From: a virus
Length of the DNA stretch: 64,000 bases
Strand: one strand, 5' to 3'
IMG/VR virus record: IMGVR_UViG_3300023215_000707
Location: 1,150-65,149 of that record
In this document: one piece after another, positions 27,731 to 36,818 of the stretch
Layout: each line of letters starts with the position of its first letter
Numbering within the stretch: position 1 is the first letter of the stretch
The notes under the pieces: generated by a model
Database searches by the model: none
What the model saw: the letters and a program-made list of their open reading frames with translations, nothing else
Told to the model about the DNA's origin: nothing
Translations under genes and position numbers: made by a program

Positions 27731-28993
27731 TCATTCTTCTTCACCACTTGGATTTTTTAATTCATCAATCATTTGACTTGCATCTCGCTTAGTAAGGTCT
27801 GTATTAGGTATTCCACCTAATTTACGAATATAAGATAATTGTTTTTCTGTAGCCTTATCATCTTCACCTTTAACAATCCTAATTGTCCTAAATAATTGCT
27901 TTTCCGACATGAAATTTCCACTGTGAATTTTACCAATCATATCTACTAAAAAGGAGATTTCCCAATCATTATTACCATGCGATTCAGCAGTAAATATTGG
28001 AATATTATGCTTCTCACAAAAATTAGGTATTCGCAATGCTATTTCTTTTTGCTCTTTTTCTATCCTCTTTTGTGTTTCTGCTCGTCGCTTTCGGTATAGT
28101 ATATTTTCCTCTTTTTCTCTAACTCTTCTTTGAGCCTCTTCTGCTTCTTTTCTTTGTTTAATTTCAGCGAGTCTTTCTTTACGTTCTGCTGTTGCAACAT
28201 TTATAGTTTCTTTATGTTTACCAATATTAAAGTAAAATATCAACAAATCATTCCAAAGTCTATTATTAGGATAACCTCTAATATTGGTTTGCGCTTTAGT
28301 ATTATCTGGATGATTCCATCGCCAAACAATTGATGCCATAAAATAATGAGGTGTTCCCATTTTACCTTCTGCTTTCTTACGAATTAATTTTGCATATTCA
28401 GTGCGAGCAGTTTCATAATCTTGATATGGTTTTCCCTGTCGAGTATTTATAAATAAATCTACTTCACGAACAACTTCAAACATTTTTTCAAATTCTTCCC
28501 CATTCTCTTTCCACCACCATTCGGATTTCATTGAATTTACAGCCTCTAGAACCCATTCTTTGACTCTTTCTTCGGTGACTTCATCTTCGGGCATTTCTAA
28601 ATTTTCTATTAAATGTCGAACAATCATCCAAAATCCAATATGTTCACTACCAACAATTTCAATCCTATTATTCTCAGTATTTTCAATTTCAAAATGCCAT
28701 GCGATAGAATGCCCACATATACAATAATGTGGATGAGATTGATTATGAGGCGATGGTAATACATCTTCTGCATCATCATTCATTGGCACATACCAAACAT
28801 TACCAGTTGCTCGCCATTCTTTTCTTGCTTCTTTCCAATTATCCGCTTCGGATAATGCTGTTAGATTATCTTTTAGGGCGATATTATATGCCCCTGTTGG
28901 GTCATCCAATCTCCCTGTAATTGCATCTAATAGAACATTACCTGTTGCTACAAATTCCGCTCCTTGTTCTCTAACTCTTCTTGCTATATTCAT
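27731..28993 (-). CDS. Large hypothetical protein with Zn-binding segment and C-terminal DUF3072-like motif
   Basis: CICGH..W...VGSEH; ATEKQL.YI..LG...LTK..AS..ID.LK. Confidence 0.6.
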   Translation of the reverse strand: MNIARRVREQGAEFVATGNVLLDAITGRLDDPTGAYNIALKDNLTALSEADNWKEARKEWRATGNVWYVPMNDDAEDVLPSPHNQSHPHYCICGHSIAWHFEIENTENNRIEIVGSEHIGFWMIVRHLIENLEMPEDEVTEERVKEWVLEAVNSMKSEWWWKENGEEFEKMFEVVREVDLFINTRQGKPYQDYETARTEYAKLIRKKAEGKMGTPHYFMASIVWRWNHPDNTKAQTNIRGYPNNRLWNDLLIFYFNIGKHKETINVATAERKERLAEIKQRKEAEEAQRRVREKEENILYRKRRAETQKRIEKEQKEIALRIPNFCEKHNIPIFTAESHGNNDWEISFLVDMIGKIHSGNFMSEKQLFRTIRIVKGEDDKATEKQLSYIRKLGGIPNTDLTKRDASQMIDELKNPSGEEE

Positions 28994-28994
28994 T

Positions 28995-29366
28995 TTAAAT
29001 CACTAATCCTAGTATAAATCCTACTATTGGAATGATGGGTAATACCACTAATATCTTATTAAGAATATGTTGTATTTCCCATGAAAAATCGTATTTACAA
29101 TAATGGTTATATTCTTCATTCCCCGACCATCTCGGCATAACACCTTCTCCTATAAAATTTGTAAATAAGTGGTTATATTCATCCAATTTATCCCACGGAA
29201 ATGAAGGTTTGGGAATATCCCAAAATAACTTATAACCTTCTAAATACAAATAAGGCAACACTTCGATTCTTTTTTTTGGTTTCATCCATCCATTTCTTGA
29301 ATCCCAAACATGGTTTACTGTTGGACTCATCATTCTAATCTCTCCTTCCAGCATGGGGTAAATCAA
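28995..29366 (-). CDS. Hypothetical protein with C-terminal TM helix
   Basis: Hydrophobic C-terminus. Confidence 0.5.
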   Translation of the reverse strand: MIYPMLEGEIRMMSPTVNHVWDSRNGWMKPKKRIEVLPYLYLEGYKLFWDIPKPSFPWDKLDEYNHLFTNFIGEGVMPRWSGNEEYNHYCKYDFSWEIQHILNKILVVLPIIPIVGFILGLVI

Positions 29367-29592
29367 TATCTTTAATCTCCCATACTCTATTTCCTAATGA
29401 TTCTAATTCTTCTTGAGAAAAAGAGCCCCATTCATCATAATGACCTTGAACAAATCCAAAATGATAACCATTATCATTTAATTCTGTTGCGAACCAATAC
29501 CAACCACTGAAAGATTCCCAACCCTTCAATACTTTTTTCTTACCAATATACAGCCCATCTTCTCTTGTTTCTAATTTATTCATCTTATTCAC
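29335..29592 (-). CDS. DUF2958-like protein
   Basis: WYWFATE...FGFVQG...EWG.FS..EL. Confidence 0.65.
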   Translation of the reverse strand: MNKMNKLETREDGLYIGKKKVLKGWESFSGWYWFATELNDNGYHFGFVQGHYDEWGSFSQEELESLGNRVWEIKDIDLPHAGRRD

Positions 29593-29673
29593 TCTCTTTC
29601 CAATATTTGTGACTCATATCTTCTTTTCGTATTTGCATATCTATTATATTATATTCTTCTTCATTCATAGCAT

Positions 29674-29814
29674 TCATGCTCCATTGTAAAATAAAGTTCT
29701 ATAACAAGTTGCACATTCAACATGAATCCATGTATATTGGTCATTGTCGTCAGATAAAACACTTGCTTTAAGTTTCTTATGCCCCTTCGGGCATACTAAT
29801 TGTTTACTTCTCAT
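29674..29814 (-). CDS. Small Zn-ribbon protein
   Basis: MRSKQLVCPKGH...CATC; start re-called at 29814. Confidence 0.55.
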   Translation of the reverse strand: MRSKQLVCPKGHKKLKASVLSDDNDQYTWIHVECATCYRTLFYNGA

Positions 29815-29815
29815 A

Positions 29816-29980
29816 TTAATCTCTCCTACCGTATGTTCCATTATCCCTTGCTTCTTCAATGAATAACTCAGCCGCTTTAATAGCATTTATCATATTGTTA
29901 ATTGCGCTATATTCCATCAGCCATTTTGCTAACTCTAGTGCAGTATCTCCATTTCTCAATGCAATATCTATTTCACTCAT
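29816..29980 (-). CDS. Small helical protein (54 aa)
   Basis: Hand-translated MSEIDIALRNGDTALELAKWL... Confidence 0.55.
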   Translation of the reverse strand: MSEIDIALRNGDTALELAKWLMEYSAINNMINAIKAAELFIEEARDNGTYGRRD

Positions 29981-30230
29981 TATTCCCATCTTCATCTTCT
30001 TCCCATAAATCCATTTCTTGTAAGGTATGTTGGTCTGCTAAATAAGCATCTAATAACTCATCTATTTTCTCATAGATATTTTTAGAAATTCCCGCAATAA
30101 TGTTTCTTTTCCAGCCTAGCCAAATTTTGTAATAAGAATTGATTACGACCTTTGGTTCGTTATTATCATCAATTGTAATTACAATTGGCGGCATCTCTTT
30201 ATTATCTATTAATCTAAATTCTATTTCCAT
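29973..30230 (-). CDS. Hypothetical protein
   Basis: In-operon ORF. Confidence 0.55.
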   Translation of the reverse strand: MEIEFRLIDNKEMPPIVITIDDNNEPKVVINSYYKIWLGWKRNIIAGISKNIYEKIDELLDAYLADQHTLQEMDLWEEDEDGNNE

Positions 30231-30272
30231 ATTATCATCTCTTTAGTTGTATTCAGTATGTCGATATATAGA

Positions 30273-30509
30273 CTATCCGAATAGTTGTGACGTATCATTT
30301 TCATTATCTCCATTATATTTACCACTCATAATTCTATGGAGATTTCCAGCCGCAACAGGATATAGTGTTTTCACATTATCCATAATTGCACCACAGGTTA
30401 GCAATACTACTTCCCACTCTTTTTCTTTTACTGCTTGAACCAAATTATTTGATAGTGATTCAATCAGGCCATTAATTTCCTTTTCAATAGATTCAAAATA
30501 ATGCTTCAT
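30273..30509 (-). CDS. Hypothetical protein
   Basis: In-operon ORF. Confidence 0.5.
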   Translation of the reverse strand: MKHYFESIEKEINGLIESLSNNLVQAVKEKEWEVVLLTCGAIMDNVKTLYPVAAGNLHRIMSGKYNGDNENDTSQLFG

Positions 30510-30712
30510 AGAAATCCCTTCCCTTTATCTTCTCGATATTCTTGTATTAATTCTTGTTGCTCAATAGCACCACGGATAGCATCTTCTTCATTCTGTAATA
30601 CCAAATCGCCCAAATAAATTTCACCATCTATTTTAACAGATAGCCTAATCCAGTTCTCTTCTTTTTTAATTATGGTTGCCCATTGCACCTTTTCTTCTAC
30701 ATATTCATTCAT
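30506..30712 (-). CDS. Hypothetical protein
   Basis: First gene of the leftward block. Confidence 0.5.
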   Translation of the reverse strand: MNEYVEEKVQWATIIKKEENWIRLSVKIDGEIYLGDLVLQNEEDAIRGAIEQQELIQEYREDKGKGFL

Positions 30713-30822
30713 ATTATTTCCTCATTATTTTACATTCTTAATCTCTTAAGAACATTTCACTTATGAAACTTCTTTATTATTGGTTAAGTTTGATAACTTG
30801 TATGAAAACGAAGAGTAAACAT

Positions 30823-30970
30823 CTTTTCAATGTTTTCAATGTTTTAACCCCCCCTCTCAACTACTACTCTACTCTACTCTACTCTACTCTACTCTACTAT
30901 ATACTACTTAAATTACTTAAATAACTTAAATAATACTATATTATATTAGTTAGGGGGGATAACCCCCCCA
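30823..30970. repeat. Iteron-like repeat cluster, candidate replication origin
   Basis: (TTTTCAATG)2, C7, (ACTCT)6 at 30866-30895, (ACTTAAATW)3, G6-ATAA-C7 hairpin; in a 750-bp ORF-free polarity switch. Confidence 0.55.
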
Positions 30971-31465
30971 TTTTCTATTTAAGCCGACTTAAAATAACTG
31001 AAAAGATACGACCATATTATCAAATATAACATACACAATATCTAATACCTATATACATATAATATAATATATAGGCAATTGACCTTACCCAATAATACTA
31101 TCATGGATTCTAGGTGGTTAATAATAACCCCGAATGATGTTATGGATATGATTGTGTTTAGGTAATCTTTAGATAAATGGAGTCATTTTCCATGTGAGAA
31201 TAAATGTAGTTGAAGGGTATCACTTCAAGACACCATAGGGGGCTAGGATTCACTTATAAAGTGAGCCGGTAAGCAGGATGCACCCTTATTTATTCCTCTA
31301 ATTAAAATCCATCCTGTTTAACTGCGTAGCAACCATATGGTTTTAAACTGGGATTTAAACAATAACTTTATTCAAGAAATAGAACTGAAGGGAATGTAGA
31401 TATTTCAACCCATATGGAACTAACTTTGTCGAGTTCCTTGAAGAGATAAAAAGAGTTGTTAAGGC

Positions 31466-31669
31466 ATGGGATTATTCAGCAGAAATACCACCATAGAAAC
31501 AGAAATTAAAACGCAGGAGCAACGGTTCGTTATTGAGGTCGGACACAATCGTAACAGTGAATTGATTATCAAGAAGATAAGAGTCAGTGGCGATAATTTA
31601 GAAGAGTGCATCGCAGACCTTCAATTAGCGTTGCAGGATTTTAACATTCTAAGGGCAGGGAATGAATGA
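31466..31669 (+). CDS. Hypothetical protein
   Basis: Starts 22 nt after the CCTTGAAG box of dyad 31410. Confidence 0.6.
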   Translation: MGLFSRNTTIETEIKTQEQRFVIEVGHNRNSELIIKKIRVSGDNLEECIADLQLALQDFNILRAGNE

Positions 31670-31869
31670 TGGTGCATCATACTCATACTTTTACTGGTGC
31701 AGAATGGGCCGCAATTAAAGAAAGCCTTTCGCAAATACAGGGGTTCTTGCAGTTGTATGATGCCAACCCCGACATAAATCACATCAATGAGATTTGCACA
31801 AATGGAGAAATACTATATCGAATATGCCTTCAACCTTTAGGGAGATTTTTTGATAGGGTGGTTGAATAA
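31666..31869 (+). CDS. Hypothetical protein
   Basis: ATGA-coupled. Confidence 0.5.
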   Translation: MMVHHTHTFTGAEWAAIKESLSQIQGFLQLYDANPDINHINEICTNGEILYRICLQPLGRFFDRVVE

Positions 31870-32111
31870 TGTTGTGCCAATGGATGAGATTTCAATTAGA
31901 AGATGTTGCTAGGATGATTGGAGAGGTTGCGAGAGTTATGCACAATGGCGATATATTCAAGGATGATGAAGAACAGTATCTAATCGGTCAATGTATGGCT
32001 TGGGTTATTTTTGAAATGAGAACAAAATTACCAAATGAGGATTTTGATGAAGTGGCTTTTGAAGAAATGATAAACCATGCTTTTGATTCATTCAAGCCAA
32101 AGAAAATGTAG
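31869..32111 (+). CDS. Hypothetical protein
   Basis: Coupled ORF. Confidence 0.5.
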   Translation: MLCQWMRFQLEDVARMIGEVARVMHNGDIFKDDEEQYLIGQCMAWVIFEMRTKLPNEDFDEVAFEEMINHAFDSFKPKKM

Positions 32112-32174
32112 AAAATAAATTTCTATATGGTTATGGGCAAAGCCAAACCATATGGTATTAACTTTGAGTGCAAT

Positions 32175-32186
32175 ACCCCGAAGGGT
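32175..32186 (-). terminator. ACCC-TTCG-GGGT hairpin (related copies at 33211, 33988, 34988)
   Basis: Each lies 0-12 nt after a minus-strand stop and just before the next dyad. Confidence 0.6.
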
Positions 32187-32188
32187 TT

Positions 32189-32365
32189 CTATGATACTGT
32201 CTTGGTTTGCTTCAAATATTGAGATACTGCTTTAACGCCTATTTTTTCAATTGCACATTTTAGACATATTGCTGAACCATCGGAAATCCATATCATTGCG
32301 AATCCGCAACACATCATTTCAATTTGGCTTAAGTTATCTTTTATCTTTGTTCTAAAGTCGCTCAT
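32189..32365 (-). CDS. Small Cys-containing cassette protein (58 aa)
   Basis: Hand-translated MSDFRTKIKDNLSQIEMMCCGF...CLKC...; bounded by dyad 32417 and hairpin 32175. Confidence 0.6.
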   Translation of the reverse strand: MSDFRTKIKDNLSQIEMMCCGFAMIWISDGSAICLKCAIEKIGVKAVSQYLKQTKTVS

Positions 32366-32478
32366 GTCTTAATCAATTATTATTATTCATAAGGTGAACC
32401 AATCTCAAAGTTTGTTACCATATGGTCCGCTTTGCCAGCACCCCAACAAAGGCGGAGATACCCACCAATGTTGCCCAA

Positions 32479-33087
32479 TTACTCAGTCACCGCCGTTGGT
32501 GTTGGGGCGACCAGTGACGGCACACCTGCTTTGTTGAGGGTGCCATCCCACTGAATTGCAGTGGCATTATTGTCGGTGTAGGCTTTGTAGTAGCCGGTGA
32601 ATCGACTCCTGATATTCTTTGACTTTTGATTCCCGTAGGATTCGGCGTCATCGAATTGGGCGTAGTTGGCCTTACCTCGCATCCTCTCAGTTTCACCAAA
32701 GAGGGGGTGACTCGCATAAAGAGCAGTGAGTCCGGTTGCATAAACCGCACAAATCGAGGCTATCGAATCCTGAACTCCTTGGGGGAGTGAACTTTTCGGG
32801 CCAATTGTGATTGGTGAATTTTCCATAGTTGCGAACATATTAGTTATGTTCGCCCAAAATCTCTTTCTAAATTCAGGTTGTATATCGCCTTGCGTCAATT
32901 GATATTGAATTGGTGCGGCGGCATCGCCTAAATCATTTGTTTCCATATGATTAGTGACCAAAGCCTTGCGGCTAGTCCACTTATCGTCATCCATACTGTA
33001 ATCTGCTACCATATTTATCTCTCCGTTATTGGGTTGGGGGTATCTCCATCCAATGACGACAGATTCATTTATAACTGGTTCATACAA
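32479..33087 (-). CDS. Hypothetical protein, GC-rich gene (true start possibly MVADY)
   Basis: About 50% GC in sampled lines; GGAGA RBS before MVADY. Confidence 0.65.
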   Translation of the reverse strand: MYEPVINESVVIGWRYPQPNNGEINMVADYSMDDDKWTSRKALVTNHMETNDLGDAAAPIQYQLTQGDIQPEFRKRFWANITNMFATMENSPITIGPKSSLPQGVQDSIASICAVYATGLTALYASHPLFGETERMRGKANYAQFDDAESYGNQKSKNIRSRFTGYYKAYTDNNATAIQWDGTLNKAGVPSLVAPTPTAVTE

Positions 33088-33233
33088 AGCCGAACCATAT
33101 GGTTTTAGATTAAACTTTCAAGATGAATGAAAGACTTCATCCTTTTTAAAGGGTAATCGTGAAAACAGCAGACATATTTCACAGCATATGGTCTTAACTT
33201 TGAGATTAAGACCCCGCAGGGTGCTATTACCTT

Positions 33234-33425
33234 TCACGCACCGCCTTGCCATCGGCCATCTTCATCCAATAAGGATAAGTTTATGATTTTGGCTCTAAAT
33301 CGGGATTCATTGAAATTTGGATTATCAGATTTTAATACTATACAAAATGAATCAATTAATTCATGCTTCAATTCACCTTTTGCTAAAATTCGGGCAATTG
33401 CCTCATAGTGCCTACGTTGAAACAT
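33234..33425 (-). CDS. Hypothetical phage protein
   Basis: RRHYEAIA...NPNFNESRF motif; followed by hairpin 33211. Confidence 0.6.
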   Translation of the reverse strand: MFQRRHYEAIARILAKGELKHELIDSFCIVLKSDNPNFNESRFRAKIINLSLLDEDGRWQGGA

Positions 33426-33641
33426 TTAATCATCCCTTATCTGTGAAATTGTAGTCACGGCTCTTTCGCCGTCTATTATTTTTCTAATTGCTGAAATACT
33501 CATAACTAATGCAACGTATCTTTGACCGTCTGATGTAGTATAAATCTCACAGTCCTTGAAAGCATCTTGATTTATTGATATTTTGAGGGCGGCACCTACA
33601 TTTGACCTTCTCACATATCCAACTAATAGATTTTCACTCAT
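33426..33641 (-). CDS. Conserved-looking small beta-rich protein
   Basis: MSENLLVGYVRRS...LKISI...YVALV...IDGER. Confidence 0.6.
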   Translation of the reverse strand: MSENLLVGYVRRSNVGAALKISINQDAFKDCEIYTTSDGQRYVALVMSISAIRKIIDGERAVTTISQIRDD

Positions 33642-33915
33642 TTTCATCACCTTTGAAATTTGGAAGCCAATCTTCAGGGCAACCATCATTAAGAGCATCA
33701 GTAAGAGCCTTATTCCATGCTGTGTTGAAATTTTCTTCAATTGCTATTGCTAGATGACCCCAAGTAGTTCCCCACTGAATTTTGACGCACCATTCATCAA
33801 CTCTCGGTTGAACACCAATAATACACTTACCAATCCAACTTTCATCGGGCATACCGTTACGGCTTATCCCCTGTCCTGCTATCCAATCTGTTCCATGCTT
33901 AGTTACCATACCCAT
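33634..33915 (-). CDS. Hypothetical cassette protein
   Basis: Downstream of dyad 33959. Confidence 0.55.
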   Translation of the reverse strand: MGMVTKHGTDWIAGQGISRNGMPDESWIGKCIIGVQPRVDEWCVKIQWGTTWGHLAIAIEENFNTAWNKALTDALNDGCPEDWLPNFKGDENE

Positions 33916-33998
33916 TGAGGATTAAATCACTCTTAAGGTGCGTTACTCAAAGTTTCTTACCATATGGTATTAACTTTGGGGAATAATACCCCGAAGGG

Positions 33999-34328
33999 TT
34001 AATTTGCTACATAATGATATGTCGCAGGGTTCACCTTAATGCGTGAACCATCCCATGCTTCACCATTTAGATACCATACCCAATTTTTCTGCACGATATG
34101 AACATTAGGTAAACCGTTGAGTCGTTCCTTTGTTGTTACTGATTGCCAGCCACCATCACAAATATACAAATCTCCGAAAATATCGAAACGGGCTATACAG
34201 TTACCATGTAAATACAACCCTCGTTCAATGTTACCTATTCCGAGTATAACTTGAGTATTGCCTCTCTTGAATTTATACCTATTTCTAAAAGCCCTTACTG
34301 CATCAATTGTTATTTGTCTTCGTGCCAT
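33999..34328 (-). CDS. Hypothetical phage protein
   Basis: LYLHGNCIA...SVTTKERLNGL motif; bounded by dyad 34379 and hairpin 33988. Confidence 0.65.
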   Translation of the reverse strand: MARRQITIDAVRAFRNRYKFKRGNTQVILGIGNIERGLYLHGNCIARFDIFGDLYICDGGWQSVTTKERLNGLPNVHIVQKNWVWYLNGEAWDGSRIKVNPATYHYVAN

Positions 34329-34405
34329 ATCCTAAGCCTCTATTATTATTCTTAAGGTTCTATTACTCAAAGTTTAGAACCATATGGTTATGCTTTGCTA
34401 AATAA

Positions 34406-34597
34406 CCTTGAAGAAAATTAAACAGGTGGGGGGGAACGCTGATGTGAGCGATAGAAAACAAGCCTGACTGACCAAACTGTTCATTGAAACGCTCCCCCCC
34501 CTTGAATGTCTAATTAATGGGAGAGATTAAGGACAAAAGTAGTTGTGGCCGACACACTACTACTGGATGCCCTTGAATCTCTCCTTGAATGTTTAAT
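34406..34597 (-). ncRNA. Candidate two-hairpin ncRNA punctuated by TTCAAGG repeats
   Basis: GGAGAGATT/AATCTCTCC with inner AGTAG/CTACT and TGTG/CACA; G7AGCG/CGTTC7; repeat at 34406, 34500, 34583. Confidence 0.55.
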
Positions 34598-34847
34598 TGA
34601 TTCTCCTTTCTTTAATAGTCCATGGTGGGTTTACTACCTCGTCTATCATTTCGGCAAATCGTCGTTTGTTGCGACCGTAAATTGCACCAGTCATTCTGTT
34701 CGCATCTAGCATAATTCGGGTGATGGCTGTCTTATTCATTCGGTCGATGTAGTTCTGCGCTTTGGGTTTGTAGCGGTATAGTGGTTGGTAAGAGGGTTTC
34801 CCATCTTGTAGTATTTCATATACTGAATCACTCATGCCCATAGTCAT
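34593..34847 (-). CDS. Hypothetical cassette protein
   Basis: Downstream of dyad 34885. Confidence 0.55.
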   Translation of the reverse strand: MTMGMSDSVYEILQDGKPSYQPLYRYKPKAQNYIDRMNKTAITRIMLDANRMTGAIYGRNKRRFAEMIDEVVNPPWTIKERRIN

Positions 34848-35000
34848 TTAATTAACTTATTAAGGTAGACCACTCAAAGTTACTACCATATGGATTGAAA
34901 TATCTATCGTATAGGAAGTGTTGGGAAGATATATAACATAATGTTGAAAGTTTAATCTAAAACCATATGGTCCGCTTTGCAATTTTGACCCCGAAGGGCG

Positions 35001-35231
35001 TTAATTTCCATATTTCTTCATTGTTGCATCAATTATGCGCTGGATTCGACTATTATCAAACTGCCCTAGTGAATATATCTTGAAATCCTCAAATTTTCCC
35101 GAAATGTAGTCTATCCTATGTTTGGGTTCATCATATATATTTTCAATATCCCATATATCCCTAGCAAACTCAAATAGATTAGTATTCCGAGTATAATAGA
35201 ATAGGTCTATTGCTCCTTGTAATGAAATCAT
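35001..35231 (-). CDS. Hypothetical cassette protein
   Basis: Followed by hairpin 34988. Confidence 0.55.
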   Translation of the reverse strand: MISLQGAIDLFYYTRNTNLFEFARDIWDIENIYDEPKHRIDYISGKFEDFKIYSLGQFDNSRIQRIIDATMKKYGN

Positions 35232-35456
35232 TTACTTCAACACCCCATTAGTCCATGTTCCCCATGATTTACCCATAGGATTGCCAAAAGACATTTTACT
35301 ATAAATGGCTATGATAGTTCCGTTCTCTAGGTTATCATCAAGGCAATAACTACCACCACCACCAAACATTGAGTAGTTATATCCATATATTTCTTCTCCA
35401 GCCTCAAGCCTACGCTTTAGGGCGGCTTTGCTCTTTGCTTCTACATACACCTTCAT
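35232..35456 (-). CDS. Hypothetical cassette protein
   Basis: Downstream of dyad 35495-35529. Confidence 0.6.
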   Translation of the reverse strand: MKVYVEAKSKAALKRRLEAGEEIYGYNYSMFGGGGSYCLDDNLENGTIIAIYSKMSFGNPMGKSWGTWTNGVLK

Positions 35457-35833
35457 GTCCTAATCATTTTATTAGACTTATAAGGAACTTATTGCTCAAA
35501 GTTTAGTTCCATATGGTATTAACTTTGAGATAAATACCCCCATCACTCTTCCTCATCATAATCTCCATCTTCACAGTTACAATATCCTGTAATTATTGAA
35601 CTTTTACATCGTGGGCATATCATTCTTCTTCACCTTCTGCTTCTTCTTGAATTTTTCTTAAATATCTTTTTATCCCTATCCAAAATGGGTGATTCATTCT
35701 ACTTCACCTTTATTTTTGGTAAATCTTGTTAGTAATACTATATGTTCAATGAGACATTTTCCACTACTGCATATGTTAGATACATCGGGGTCTATTACTG
35801 TATCACAATGTAAGCATAATGGGGTAAAATCAC

Positions 35834-36034
35834 TCATTCTTCCTCACCACCAGTTATCATCTTAATATTTATTACATTAGTGCTATTCAAGAGTATTTGT
35901 TCTTCTTTCATTTCTTTTCTATACGTTACTATTACTCTTGCTTGTTGCCATACCAAATATAATTCATGTTCATATGTTCTCAATTCTTCTATACTAATTT
36001 CGTGCATTTCTTCTGTTGTTTTTAATTGACTCAT
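35834..36034 (-). CDS. Hypothetical protein
   Basis: Coupled ORF. Confidence 0.5.
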   Translation of the reverse strand: MSQLKTTEEMHEISIEELRTYEHELYLVWQQARVIVTYRKEMKEEQILLNSTNVINIKMITGGEEE

Positions 36035-36306
36035 TGTTTCACCTTCGTAAATTTACCTTGTTTGTCTCTTACATTGTGATTACAATGTGAGATTGCACCT
36101 TCTACATCCCTCAATAAAACCATAATTGAGGTCCAATACTTCTTTCGCATATCTGCATTTGTATTACCCATTATGATATTCAATGCTACAACAGGGGCAT
36201 AATCATCATCTAGTATATCCGTATTAACACAATCAATTTTTTGAGTCCATTTTTCGTCACTCATCCAATATGGGGGGCATTTATCCCACTGTATGTTTTC
36301 TACCAT
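36031..36306 (-). CDS. Hypothetical cassette protein
   Basis: Downstream of dyad 36354. Confidence 0.55.
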   Translation of the reverse strand: MVENIQWDKCPPYWMSDEKWTQKIDCVNTDILDDDYAPVVALNIIMGNTNADMRKKYWTSIMVLLRDVEGAISHCNHNVRDKQGKFTKVKQ

Positions 36307-36487
36307 ACCTTAATGATTCTTTATTGTTTATCAAGGTTGATGCAAAGCCTACAACCATATGGCTTTGTAGAAAAAAACTAATATTAACCGTCAATAGCAC
36401 TTTAAACAGCATTACGACCAAACAATTGATACCAGCCACCATATCTATTACCCCCCTTGTTATGGGATATGTTGAAGTGACTTTTTC

Positions 36488-36718
36488 ATGGCCGAAGAAG
36501 ATGCAATTTTTACAATCATTAGTAAGATTAATTCCGCCATTGTAAAAGCCCAACGTGATGTTAATTCTGCTAATAAAACCCTGCTAGAGACTAAAGAACT
36601 ACTGCTAGAGGTGTTAGAGTTGTCTAGATTAGATACATCTCAAAGTAGTTTGCAGGATTTCGATAAGAGTGTATTGAGTTTGAAAGTTATAAAGGCAATG
36701 TTAAATGATGTGAGTTGA
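36488..36718 (+). CDS. Helical hypothetical protein, first gene of the rightward block
   Basis: Heptad-like ORF. Confidence 0.55.
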   Translation: MAEEDAIFTIISKINSAIVKAQRDVNSANKTLLETKELLLEVLELSRLDTSQSSLQDFDKSVLSLKVIKAMLNDVS

Positions 36719-36818
36719 AGTTGTATTGGCTGGAAATAGATGAAAAAATAAAAAAACAACAGCAAAGAAAAAATTTGCTGAGACACTATCATAAGCGTTA
36801 TTATTGGAGAGTGTGATA

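Larger units (their letters stand above)
31332..36362. promoter_or_regulatory. Dispersed family of 12 CCATATGG-centred dyad/promoter elements
   Basis: Cores at 31332, 31410, 32147, 32417, 33094, 33185, 33959, 34379, 34885, 34962, 35509, 36354; arms CAAAG(TT)/(AA)CTTTG; CCTT(A/G)A box then ATG about 21-23 nt on. Confidence 0.85.

Noticed and set aside
1193-30438. Plus-strand ORFs in the track overlapping minus-strand genes (e.g. 1193, 4136, 10333, 10554, 17522), and the minus-strand equivalents after 41 kb
   Set aside because: Antisense shadows of motif-bearing genes; no RBS and atypical composition.
31332-36362. CRISPR array or attC/integron interpretation of the CCATATGG repeats
   Set aside because: Spacing is irregular (80-850 bp), whole genes lie between copies, and no cas1/cas2 or integrase is in the window; geometry fits promoters.
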